A DNA stretch of 55,237 bases. Origin: Patescibacteria group bacterium (lineage in GTDB: Bacteria > Patescibacteriota > Patescibacteriia > UBA10025 > JAHIVO01). How positions within the stretch are numbered: the stretch's first letter is position 1; each line of letters begins with the position of its first letter. Positions 1-8,198 of the stretch are shown in pieces. The notes below the pieces were generated by a model that did no database searches, was not told where the DNA came from, and saw nothing but the letters and a program-made list of their open reading frames with translations. A program made the position numbers and the translations under genes. Location of the stretch: assembly GCA_022560375.1 (NCBI GenBank), contig JADFTK010000002.1, forward strand, positions 1-55,237, written 5' to 3'.

Positions 1-68
1 AGCAATTATGTACGCGACAACCTAGTGTTTCATAACGGATAGATCAGCAGTTATGTGGGAGGTGGGGG

Positions 69-641
69 TTATTTTTTCTTTAACTTTTTATAAGCGTAGT
101 AACCGCCACCAGCCATAACTGCAACTGCAGCTGTTATGCCCAATGCTCCGCCACCATCCTCTTCGTCGCCTTCAGTTGATACTGGGGTCGTAGAAATTGT
201 TTTATTAGTGCTTGTATTTGCATTTATCTCTTCAGTAGTAGTTGTTTCGTCTACGTTTGTATTTATATCTTCATCCGTTGATGGCACTACAACTGACTCG
301 TCAAATTCCGGTTCAAGTTTAGGTGTTGGTTCACTAGTAGTTGTATTTACATTTTCAATAGTTCCCTGAGTAGTAGTTGTTTCTTCAGTATTAGTGTTGG
401 TTGTTTCAGTCGGAGTGGGCATCGGATCAGCGGTTTCCGTTTCTGGAATTGTATAAGTATCTCGATCATCTCCACTATGACAATGATACAAATCGTAAGG
501 AATATTATACTTTTCAGTACAATTTGTTTTACAAGTATGACAGCCACTTCCATCTAAACCACCAGGGTGAGCAAGTGTATTTCCAGCTAATAAAAAAGTT
601 CCGCCTAATACTAAAATCGCGATTGTAATTATTTTGTTCAT
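69..641 (-). CDS. Signal-peptide protein with YHYH-like His/Cys motif, Thr/Glu-rich stalk and C-terminal TM anchor
   Basis: N-terminal hydrophobic signal (MNKIITIAILVLGG...). AHPGGLDGSGCH...YDLYHCH resembles the YHYH domain. Long T/E/N low-complexity region. C-terminal GALGITAAVAVMAGGGYYAY helix followed by KKLKKK. Confidence 0.6.
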   Translation of the reverse strand: MNKIITIAILVLGGTFLLAGNTLAHPGGLDGSGCHTCKTNCTEKYNIPYDLYHCHSGDDRDTYTIPETETADPMPTPTETTNTNTEETTTTQGTIENVNTTTSEPTPKLEPEFDESVVVPSTDEDINTNVDETTTTEEINANTSTNKTISTTPVSTEGDEEDGGGALGITAAVAVMAGGGYYAYKKLKKK

Positions 642-670
642 ATTTTTTACCTCTTAGGACTTAGGTGAGG

Positions 671-1147
671 CTATTTCTTTTTACTTGCCTTTTTAGTAGC
701 TGGCTTCTTGGCTGCTTTTGGATCTTTGGCCACAGATTTTTTAGCAGTTGGCTTCTTGGAAGCAGATTTGGCTGAGGCATCTTTGGCTGGAGATTCTTTC
801 CCTGGTGATTCCGCAATCAACAAATTGATCACTCTATCCAGTTTGTTGCTTAGAGATTTTATTTGCTCGGCTACTTGATCATTACCTCCACCGCCACCAC
901 CGTGTCGTTCTCTCCCACCAAACCCGTCCCTGACCCCGCGCCTGTCACGGCCACCAAACCTGTCCCTGCCTCCACCGCCACCGCGCCTGTCTCCTCCGTC
1001 TCCACGATTGTCTCCACGATCATTTTTTTTGCGAAAACAATCAGTGCAGAAGATGGGTTTGCCTTGAGTAGGCTGAAAGGGGACTTCGCATTTATTACCG
1101 CAGTTATCGCACACTGCTTGGTGCATTTGTCTTCTGTTATTATCCAT
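671..1147 (-). CDS. CxxC-x17-CxxC domain protein with RGG-rich middle and Lys/Ala-rich basic tail
   Basis: CDNC, then exactly 17 residues, then CTDC (counted by hand). Followed by GDRRGGGGGRDRFGGRDRR repeats and a KKPTAKKSVAKDPKAAKKPATKKASKKK tail. Confidence 0.7.
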   Translation of the reverse strand: MDNNRRQMHQAVCDNCGNKCEVPFQPTQGKPIFCTDCFRKKNDRGDNRGDGGDRRGGGGGRDRFGGRDRRGVRDGFGGRERHGGGGGGNDQVAEQIKSLSNKLDRVINLLIAESPGKESPAKDASAKSASKKPTAKKSVAKDPKAAKKPATKKASKKK

Positions 1148-1173
1148 ATTGTTTATTTAGCTTATTAAACTGT

Positions 1174-1365
1174 TTATAAAATTTCTTTGACTCTGCCGAC
1201 TTCTCCTGACTCCAGCCTTACTTTGATGCCATGCGGATGGGTGCCAGAGCTGGTTAATATATCACGGACTACGCCTTCTGTTAATTGCCCTGTCTTTTGA
1301 TCATTCTTTTTTATCACCATGACGCGCAGGCCTTCATATATATTGCCTCGATTGTTTCTGTTCAT
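1174..1365 (-). CDS. YwbE-family (DUF2196) small protein
   Basis: GLRVMVIKKNDQKTGQLTEGVVRDILTSSGTHPHGIKVRLESGEVGRVKEIL matches the YwbE signature. I use the internal Met (MNRNNRG) rather than the 81-aa track start at 1419. Confidence 0.65.
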   Translation of the reverse strand: MNRNNRGNIYEGLRVMVIKKNDQKTGQLTEGVVRDILTSSGTHPHGIKVRLESGEVGRVKEIL

Positions 1366-1412
1366 ATATCCTACTCTACGCCTATATGGGCAGGGAATCA
1401 ACCGTTTACACC

Positions 1413-1441
1413 TTGACAAAATGCAATGAATAGTATACTAT
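1413..1441 (+). promoter_or_regulatory. Sigma70-like promoter (TTGACA-N17-TACTAT)
   Basis: TTGACA at 1413-1418, 17-nt spacer, TACTAT at 1436-1441. Lies upstream of the 1549 CDS. Confidence 0.35.
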
Positions 1442-1548
1442 TTACGGTTAGTAAAAATATGGCTCTTGGGATTATCTGTCTTGCCCAAGTAAGCCGCCTT
1501 GCGTCACAAGACAGCCCACACTCAACAGCGCAAGGCAAGGAGTCCTTT

Positions 1549-1959
1549 ATGTTCTTACACAATTGGTGGCAATCGATCCAGAGGAAATTTCCAGGACGTA
1601 TTATACTTGGAAAAATCGGCATGTGGATGGTTTCTGCGGGGCAAGTTCTTCAGCGGAAGTACGCTGGTTGGAACAAAGACTTTCGCATTAAATGTGATGT
1701 TTTTGAAACTTCAGGTTATCACACAACTTATATCTCCTTGTCAGATATGATAACTGAAGAGAATGTCATTACCTTTGGCAATCCAAGTGCTCAACTAAAT
1801 AAGCAGACTGAATATGTAAAAGCGTTATTTCAAATTTCTGGAATATGCGCGGTAGAACTTCGTCCTTATCAAGTGAAAATTGACTATAGTCCCGTCTTCA
1901 CTTATGAGGAACTCGGTCCAAAGGTTGAAAGAATACTTATTCAACATTTAGCCGCCTAA
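1549..1959 (+). CDS. Hypothetical protein with Nfu/NifU N-terminal-like C-terminal domain
   Basis: AAGGAG at 1537-1542 sits 6 nt before ATG 1549, so I prefer this start over track start 1426. The C-terminal YVKALFQISGICAVELRPYQVKIDYSPVFTYEELGPKVERIL follows the Nfu_N pattern. Confidence 0.5.
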   Translation: MFLHNWWQSIQRKFPGRIILGKIGMWMVSAGQVLQRKYAGWNKDFRIKCDVFETSGYHTTYISLSDMITEENVITFGNPSAQLNKQTEYVKALFQISGICAVELRPYQVKIDYSPVFTYEELGPKVERILIQHLAA

Positions 1960-1982
1960 GAACAACATTCTGATCGTTAATC

Positions 1983-2017
1983 AAGCCCGGTGCTTCACTG
2001 CCCCGGGCTTCTATTTT
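1983..2017 (+). terminator. Rho-independent terminator
   Basis: Stem AAGCCCGG (1983-1990) pairs with CCGGGCTT (2003-2010). Followed by CTATTTT. Confidence 0.6.
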
Positions 2018-2030
2018 AGTGGGGAACAAT

Positions 2031-2068
2031 AAAAAAAGAGGGGCGACACTATAAAATGTATCGCCCCT
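2031..2068 (-). terminator. Rho-independent terminator (minus strand)
   Basis: AGGGGCGA (2039-2046) pairs with TCGCCCCT (2061-2068). The plus-strand A-run 2031-2037 is a T-tract after the hairpin on the minus strand. Confidence 0.5.
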
Positions 2069-2125
2069 AAGCTGCTCTCATACTATCCAGAATAATCCGT
2101 TAGTATGCAGGCATTTTCTCTTGGC

Positions 2126-2182
2126 CTACCGTACGATCAAGTTAAACGGGTTTGGATAGAGTAGCATTATTGATTGTTTCAT
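2126..2182 (-). CDS. Candidate 18-aa mini-ORF MKQSIMLLYPNPFNLIVR (not in ORF track)
   Basis: GGAGG is followed by a 7-nt spacer and ATG at 2182. TAG stop at 2126-2128. Own terminator at 2031-2068. Hand-translated. Confidence 0.25.
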   Translation of the reverse strand: MKQSIMLLYPNPFNLIVR

Positions 2183-2272
2183 GGTAAAACCTCCTTGTTG
2201 GGAGTTCATGAAATAATCATGTGCCCAGTATAGGCACGACTTAAGTATTCACTAATTTCGATAATTAATTGA

Positions 2273-2306
2273 TTAAAAAAAACGTTCACTTGAGAACGTT
2301 TTTTAA
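2273..2306 (-). terminator. Hairpin terminator after the 2315-2782 gene (A-run/T-run on both sides, potentially bidirectional)
   Basis: AACGTTC (2281-2287) pairs with GAACGTT (2294-2300), with a 6-nt loop. Flanked by A6-8 and T4-5 runs. Confidence 0.55.
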
Positions 2307-2314
2307 AAATGCTC

Positions 2315-2782
2315 TTAATTCATGAGTGCGATAAGTTTTGGTAAATTGCTATGATTAACAGTTACTACCCAGCGTTTTTTGCCATCAAAATAGCAATTTG
2401 GTATTTCTTCTATGTGTGGCGCCTCCACACGCTGTACCAGACGAAGTATACTCCGGCGCTCCGTAGTTAGGAACGCTTCGTCGAAGCCCAGTTCAATCAA
2501 TCGGTTAGACAACTTATAGGCTAACTGAAAAGTGATTTGTTTTGGGTTCCCCACGTTTGGTAGCAAGGTTAGTGCGGTAAACCAAGCTTCACGCGCAGAA
2601 GTAATGCCAATCAGCACGCCTATGACTTGGTTCAGATCATTGACAGCTAGAAAAATTGAGTCCCTCTGAAATTTGCTTAACCTGGCTAGAGTATAGCGGT
2701 TGTGTCCTTCTGGAAATCCGTGGCGATAACAATCAACCATGCCCTCAAAATGGTTACGTCGAAAGTCAATTATCTGAATCAT
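2315..2782 (-). CDS. Hypothetical protein, weak GNAT-acetyltransferase-like fold
   Basis: 155-aa ORF. VIGVLIGI...QLAYKLSNRLIELGFDEAFLTT loosely follows GNAT beta4-alpha3 but lacks a clear R/QxxGxG motif. Confidence 0.35.
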   Translation of the reverse strand: MIQIIDFRRNHFEGMVDCYRHGFPEGHNRYTLARLSKFQRDSIFLAVNDLNQVIGVLIGITSAREAWFTALTLLPNVGNPKQITFQLAYKLSNRLIELGFDEAFLTTERRSILRLVQRVEAPHIEEIPNCYFDGKKRWVVTVNHSNLPKLIALMN

Positions 2783-2812
2783 CTTATACCTCTTTTGAAA
2801 AGAACGTTTAAA

Positions 2813-5548
2813 TTATTTTAATTGATTCAAGACATTTCCCAGTGCTTCGATTTCCCGGCCATAGGCTGCCCAGTCACCGCGTTTTTGAGCGTTGAGCGCT
2901 GCTTGGTAGTGAGTATTAGCTTGGGAAACTAAATCTTCTGGTGTGGTAGCGACCACTGGAGGCTCTGCGTCGGTGTCAGCTGGCTCCTCCGGCGTAGCAG
3001 CAATAGCCCCGCTGAAAATAGCATTTAGTGCCTCATCAAGAGTTTCTCCCATGGCAATCTGGTTTTTATAAGCTACAATAACGCGCTTGAGCTCGGGGAT
3101 CTTGCCGCCCTCAGCCCTCAAATAGAGCGGCTGGACATATATCAATGATTCCTCAATGGGTATGACCAGCAGGTTACCGCGGATCACTTCTGAGCCGCGT
3201 TGGTCCCACAGAGATATTTGCTGGGATATATCCGCGTCTTGATTAATTCTGTTGACTATCTGCTTGGGGCCAAAAATTAGTGTTTGCTTAGGAAAGCGGT
3301 AGACTACTAGTTCGCCGTAATTATCCCCATCAGACCGGGCTACCATCCAGGCCGCTAAGTTATCCTTGTTGCGCGGGGTGTAGGGCAGCATTAATATAAA
3401 CTCTTCCTTCTCCTCGGCCGGCAGCTTCATGATCATGTGGCGCATCATGGGGTCATCACGCTCCGAGCTGATTCGTGGAACCTCCCACTTATCTTCTTTG
3501 TTATAGAAAATTTGAGCCTCCTCCATGTGATAAGTGGAGTAAATGAAGGTCTGGTATTTGAAAATATCTTCCGGATAACGAATATGGGTCTGGAGATCAT
3601 CTGGCATAGTGTCTAAGGCTACAAAAGTATCAGGGAAAATTTTAGCGTAGGTTTGGATGACGGGGTCTTGCTCATCGGCAATATAAAATTTCATGGCCCC
3701 GCTATAGGCGTCGATAACCACTTTTACTGAGTTACGAATGTAGTTAATGCGTCTGACACTAGTAGCTGGAGTTACATTGGTATCTGTGTTGGCCGCTAAA
3801 ACCGAATTAGCATACGGATAAGCATCGCTAGTAGTATAGGCGTCATAAATCCATTTCAATTGGCCTTCGTCAGTAATCACCATATAGGGGTCGCTGTCAT
3901 ACTTCAAAAATGGCATTATTTTTTTTACTCGTTTGGTGATATTTCGGTTTAATAAAACACGACTGTCATTATTTATATCATTGGATAGTAATATTTTCAG
4001 CGATCCTAAATCCGCGGCGAATAACGCTTTTTTCATAAACGAATCAATGGCAACTCCGCCTGTCCCCTCATAGGTAGTAAAGACGTTTTCATCGCCAGAG
4101 GGGTAGTTGAATTCCTCTGCTTGGGTATTTACAAAAACGTAGTCAGAAGAAAGTTCACCAAAATATATTTCTGGTCTGGTAACCTTAATAGATTCAGTGC
4201 TGGAAACCGGCGGAAGGTCTTTGACAAAGAGTAGAGGCAATCCTTCTTTGGTTACCTCATTGACCGGACCTAGAGCTACGCCAAAACCATGGGTGAATAC
4301 CAGGCGTTCGTTTATAAAAGTGGCAGCCGGCAGGTTGGCTGTATTAAGCTCGCGCGGTGAAAGCATGGTTTGGCGATACTCACCATCAATCGTATAGCGG
4401 TCATTGTCAATAGAGACAAAATCATAATAGGTGCGGATTTCCTGAATCTGGCCAAAGGTGTCTAGTAAAGGTTTACGGTCCCACAGCCTTATATTTTTAA
4501 TAGTCAGCTCGTTATTTTTTATGTCCTCGCTGGTAAGACTGGTCTCGTCAGCCACTAATTCGCGTTTGATTACCTTATCCAGGCCAAACGAGACTCTGGT
4601 AGCGGCAATATTGCGTTCGATATATGGAGTTTCTTTAATCAGCTCGTTGGGCAGTACCACTAACCTTTGGATGATCGATGAGTAAACTGAACCGCCGAGT
4701 ATGGACACGGCAATATAAAATATTATTAACGAAGGCACCAGGCGCTTCATTGGTTTGAAGGTGCTGATGATAAAAGCTGCGGCGATGAAAAGGGCAATAC
4801 TGACCAAGGCCCACAATACCGGCAGCCGGGCAAAAATATCTGTATAATTAGCGCCGGTAAATGGGCCGGTATTAGAATAGAGTAAATTAGTCATGCTGGT
4901 AAAATAGACACTGCTAGCCAGAATAATGAAAAAAATGGCCAGCAGAACAGCCAGATGGTTTTTGGCAGCGCCAGCGGTTTGAATCCTTCTGCCTCTAATA
5001 TTCATCAAGCCTCTAGCTAAATATTGAAGACCAGCACCTAAAATAGAAATTATTATTATCCAGAACAAAAAGCCTATAGCCATTTTTATAAAGGGCAAGG
5101 TGAAAAAATAAAAGGAGATGTCGCGCCCGAATAAAGGATCGACCGTATTAAAGCTTACTCGATTGATAAATTGCTGGACTACCTGCCAGTAGCTACTGCC
5201 TATCGTACCGGTCATCAGCCCAATGGCCAGTGATACGGGTAACAATAATTTGAGTATAATTTTTGATACATCAAAGCTACGGCCCTGGAACTGTAAATTA
5301 TTCAGAACAATCGGTTGATCTTTAGTGCGGCGATAGGCAATATAAAAATTCAAATAAATTATGCTAAAAGTAACCAAGCCGGTTATTATCCCCAGGAATA
5401 GCTTGGTAAGTAATATAGTACTGAATATGGTGGTAAAACCCTGGGCAGAAAACCACAGCCAGTCAGCACCTAAGCCAATGGCCATAGGGATAATCACCAC
5501 TAGTAATAAAACTATTATTATGATACTGGCTAGTAACTTTTTTCTCAT
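2813..5548 (-). CDS. UPF0182 family large membrane protein
   Basis: 911 aa. N-terminal multi-TM region beginning ...GLGADWLWFSAQGF..., then a large soluble domain. Size and motifs are typical of UPF0182. Confidence 0.8.
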   Translation of the reverse strand: MRKKLLASIIIIVLLLVVIIPMAIGLGADWLWFSAQGFTTIFSTILLTKLFLGIITGLVTFSIIYLNFYIAYRRTKDQPIVLNNLQFQGRSFDVSKIILKLLLPVSLAIGLMTGTIGSSYWQVVQQFINRVSFNTVDPLFGRDISFYFFTLPFIKMAIGFLFWIIIISILGAGLQYLARGLMNIRGRRIQTAGAAKNHLAVLLAIFFIILASSVYFTSMTNLLYSNTGPFTGANYTDIFARLPVLWALVSIALFIAAAFIISTFKPMKRLVPSLIIFYIAVSILGGSVYSSIIQRLVVLPNELIKETPYIERNIAATRVSFGLDKVIKRELVADETSLTSEDIKNNELTIKNIRLWDRKPLLDTFGQIQEIRTYYDFVSIDNDRYTIDGEYRQTMLSPRELNTANLPAATFINERLVFTHGFGVALGPVNEVTKEGLPLLFVKDLPPVSSTESIKVTRPEIYFGELSSDYVFVNTQAEEFNYPSGDENVFTTYEGTGGVAIDSFMKKALFAADLGSLKILLSNDINNDSRVLLNRNITKRVKKIMPFLKYDSDPYMVITDEGQLKWIYDAYTTSDAYPYANSVLAANTDTNVTPATSVRRINYIRNSVKVVIDAYSGAMKFYIADEQDPVIQTYAKIFPDTFVALDTMPDDLQTHIRYPEDIFKYQTFIYSTYHMEEAQIFYNKEDKWEVPRISSERDDPMMRHMIMKLPAEEKEEFILMLPYTPRNKDNLAAWMVARSDGDNYGELVVYRFPKQTLIFGPKQIVNRINQDADISQQISLWDQRGSEVIRGNLLVIPIEESLIYVQPLYLRAEGGKIPELKRVIVAYKNQIAMGETLDEALNAIFSGAIAATPEEPADTDAEPPVVATTPEDLVSQANTHYQAALNAQKRGDWAAYGREIEALGNVLNQLK

Positions 5549-5658
5549 AAGGTTGTATCAGCTTATCATATCTAAGTCAAAATTGGTAATCTATCTCTGG
5601 TTGATAATCAAATAAAAAATGAACTCAATTTTTGAGACTACGGTACTGATTCCTGTAT

Positions 5659-6381
5659 TTATATAAGCGTTACCCAGTCATCATTACCCGAGCCAACACC
5701 AAAATCACACGGCTCAGCATCTCGAACTTCTTTAGTAACTTTGATGTTAGCGGCAGTCAGACCCCTGGTCTCGTATTGCTGGATAACTGAGGCATCCATG
5801 TAGTCAAATACTGAGGCAAGTTTTTGAGAAAATCCGCTGAAACTTTTTAGGGCCATATCAAAGTTGCCGCTGCCAGTCAGGTTAGCATAACCAACGAGCT
5901 CTCCGGCCGATACTTTTGTACCTTCAATCATATGGGGCAGTGGGTCAATGTGAAAAAAGATAAATTGCCAATTACCACCAGTATCAGGTGTCAGCCAGAT
6001 TTGTACGCCGCGCGGGTCTTGGTCACTTTCGATCTCGCTGATTTCGCCGTCAAAGGGCGCCAAAGCTTTCACTTGCTGGGTTGTTTGAGCCAGGGAGTCA
6101 ATAGGCTCGATATAGTTTTTCATAGAGCGGTTAGTTTCCGATTCCCCATCTATATTCTGGCCACTATAGTCATGACCTATGCAACTTCTAAATTTAGATA
6201 AGGCTTTTGTTTGGGTTAGATCCAGAGGATTATATGTTATAAACTTGTCATTTTGTCCTGATAATGAGCCTTTAAAAAAAGACGGTTTGTCACCATCCGG
6301 CTCCATAATAAACATGACTAGTAAAAAGCCCAAAGTCACTCCGCCGACAATATATATAATTTTTTTAGTTCGTCTTACCAT
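5659..6381 (-). CDS. Membrane-anchored hypothetical protein with weak LytM/M23-like barrel signature
   Basis: N-terminal TM (IIYIVGGVTLGFLLVMFIM). APFDGEISEI...GVQIWL...FFHID...GTKVSAGELVGY resembles the M23 fold, but catalytic motifs are not clear. Overlaps the upstream gene by 7 nt, suggesting an operon. Confidence 0.45.
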   Translation of the reverse strand: MVRRTKKIIYIVGGVTLGFLLVMFIMEPDGDKPSFFKGSLSGQNDKFITYNPLDLTQTKALSKFRSCIGHDYSGQNIDGESETNRSMKNYIEPIDSLAQTTQQVKALAPFDGEISEIESDQDPRGVQIWLTPDTGGNWQFIFFHIDPLPHMIEGTKVSAGELVGYANLTGSGNFDMALKSFSGFSQKLASVFDYMDASVIQQYETRGLTAANIKVTKEVRDAEPCDFGVGSGNDDWVTLI

Positions 6382-6827
6382 TGGATTTTTTTAAGGGCCT
6401 TAATTTGCTCAGTTTCTAAATGAATTTCCGGCCGTCCTTTTTTTACCAAGGCTTCGGCATCCTCGAAACTCATGCCCTCGGCCATAAAGTAGGCAATGAC
6501 CAGCGTGGGACCGCGGCCGTGGCCGTTCCGGCAATGGACAAACACTTTTTTATCTTCTTTGACCAGACGTTTAATAATATCTACGCCGACTTTCAATTGG
6601 CTGTCGTTAGGGGCGGCGTGGTCTGCGGTTGGCAACCAGAGGAAGTAGTCCACTCCCCAAGGCTTATCCAAATTTTCTTTCTCCAGGCTGATGTCCGCGG
6701 TGACGCCTTGGTCTAAAAGTTCCTGCTGGAAATGAATCTGGCAGCAAGCATTAGTCCCTAAGTAAATGAAATCATTGATTTTTGAAATGTCCGCCTTGAT
6801 ATGGGCCTGGCTAGGTTTGTCATTCAT
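6375..6827 (-). CDS. Dual-specificity (Cys-based) protein phosphatase
   Basis: HCRNGHGRG is an HCx5R P-loop. The 150-aa size is typical of DSP-type phosphatases. Confidence 0.75.
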   Translation of the reverse strand: MNDKPSQAHIKADISKINDFIYLGTNACCQIHFQQELLDQGVTADISLEKENLDKPWGVDYFLWLPTADHAAPNDSQLKVGVDIIKRLVKEDKKVFVHCRNGHGRGPTLVIAYFMAEGMSFEDAEALVKKGRPEIHLETEQIKALKKIQW

Positions 6828-6882
6828 ATCATAAGTATATCACAGTCCATAGAATACATTTTATATTTTTTTGACTGTTAAC

Positions 6883-6912
6883 TTGACAAGATAGGGGACC
6901 TTAAGATACAAT
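6883..6912 (+). promoter_or_regulatory. Sigma70-like promoter (TTGACA-N18-TACAAT)
   Basis: TTGACA at 6883-6888 and TACAAT at 6907-6912. Confidence 0.45.
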
Positions 6913-6916
6913 ATGA

Positions 6917-6949
6917 ATAAGTATGAAATATCATCCTTTTCATACTTAT
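6917..6949. promoter_or_regulatory. Perfect 12-bp inverted repeat just downstream of the -10 (candidate operator or leader hairpin)
   Basis: ATAAGTATGAAA (6917-6928), 9-nt spacer, TTTCATACTTAT (6938-6949). Confidence 0.4.
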
Positions 6950-6989
6950 AGTATTAATTATAATTTTTTTAAATAATAGTTAAATAGTA

Positions 6990-7265
6990 ATGAAGCATCA
7001 TATGAGACATTTTGAATTACCCAAAATATATGGCACCACTACGGTTGGTGAGAGGGGGCAAGTGGTTATTCCTTCTGCCATAAGGAAAAAAATGAAAATT
7101 GAGTCAGGTGATAAATTGATTGTATTTACCAGACACGATAAATTCATCGGTTTATTAAAGTCGGATCAACTTGATGATTTTTTGGATAAAATTACCAGTC
7201 ATGTATCAGAGGGACTTGAAAAGATAAATAAATTCAAGAAAGAGTTAAAGAAGCATTCCAAATAG
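6990..7265 (+). CDS. AbrB/MazE/SpoVT-type DNA-binding protein
   Basis: GTTTVGERGQVVIPSAIRKKMKIESGDKLIVF is the looped-hinge-helix (AbrB-like) signature. Confidence 0.7.
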   Translation: MKHHMRHFELPKIYGTTTVGERGQVVIPSAIRKKMKIESGDKLIVFTRHDKFIGLLKSDQLDDFLDKITSHVSEGLEKINKFKKELKKHSK

Positions 7266-7279
7266 TCTAGGAGCGGGGT

Positions 7280-8194
7280 ATGAATATTATTGAGGTAAAA
7301 GATTTAGTAAAAAAATACGGAGATTTCGTCGCCGTGGATGGAATTTCTTTTTCTGTGGAGCAGGGTGAAATATTCGGCATTTTAGGCCCGAACGGTGCGG
7401 GCAAAACCACTACCCTGGAGATGATCGAAGGATTGAAGTCTATTACTTCAGGCGAGGCTATATTGGCTGGCCACAATGTCCAGCGAGAAACACGTATTGT
7501 CAAACAATTGATTGGGGTACAGCTGCAAGCCTCAAGCTTTTTTAATTACCTGAACTTGAAAGAATTATTGGTAACCTTTGGTGCCTTGTATGACCGCAAG
7601 GTTAACGCCCTGGATTTGCTAGAGAAGGTTCAGTTGACGGAAAAAGCCAAAAGCCAGGTCAAGGAACTGTCGGGCGGGCAGAAGCAGCGTTTTTCTATGG
7701 CTACGGCGTTGGTCAACGATCCCAAGGTATTATTTCTAGATGAACCCACCACCGGTTTGGACCCCCAGGCCAGACGGCACATGTGGGAGCTAATTAGCGG
7801 GCTAAACAAGCAAGGCAAGACTATCATTATAACTACTCATTATATGGAAGAGGCGGAGGTATTATGCAGCCGTATTGCTATCATGGATCACGCTAAGATC
7901 ATTGCCCTGGATACTCCTAAGAATTTAATGAAGCAGAGCGGTGTAAAATCAACTATTACTTTTAATGTTGATAAGCCCTGCCCTAACGATCATTTTTCTG
8001 AATTGCCCGGAGTAGCCAAGGCATTACTGGAGGATCATAGTTACCGTTTAGTCAGTAATGATCCGGAAAAAACTTTACCGGAACTATTCAAGCATGGCCA
8101 TCAGTGTGAATCCAATATTTCTAATTTACAGCTACGCCAGCCAACCCTAGAAGATGTCTTTATTAAATTAACCGGAAAAAAATTACGGGATTAG
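7280..8194 (+). CDS. ABC transporter ATP-binding protein (ABC-2/DrrA-like exporter)
   Basis: Walker A GPNGAGKTT, signature LSGGQKQR, Walker B LFLDEPTTGLD. Confidence 0.9.
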   Translation: MNIIEVKDLVKKYGDFVAVDGISFSVEQGEIFGILGPNGAGKTTTLEMIEGLKSITSGEAILAGHNVQRETRIVKQLIGVQLQASSFFNYLNLKELLVTFGALYDRKVNALDLLEKVQLTEKAKSQVKELSGGQKQRFSMATALVNDPKVLFLDEPTTGLDPQARRHMWELISGLNKQGKTIIITTHYMEEAEVLCSRIAIMDHAKIIALDTPKNLMKQSGVKSTITFNVDKPCPNDHFSELPGVAKALLEDHSYRLVSNDPEKTLPELFKHGHQCESNISNLQLRQPTLEDVFIKLTGKKLRD

Positions 8195-8198
8195 TATT

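Noticed and set aside
136-1168. Plus-strand ORFs 136-369, 401-628 and 863-1168
   Set aside because: They are antisense to low-complexity regions (Thr/Glu-rich, RGG-rich) of better-supported minus-strand genes, which naturally keep the opposite strand open.
1426-1548. Long form of the 1426-1959 ORF (177 aa) and the antisense ORF 1398-1622
   Set aside because: A strong AAGGAG SD precedes the internal ATG at 1549. The upstream part overlaps the promoter -10 and two hairpins. Its peptide has no domain-like character.
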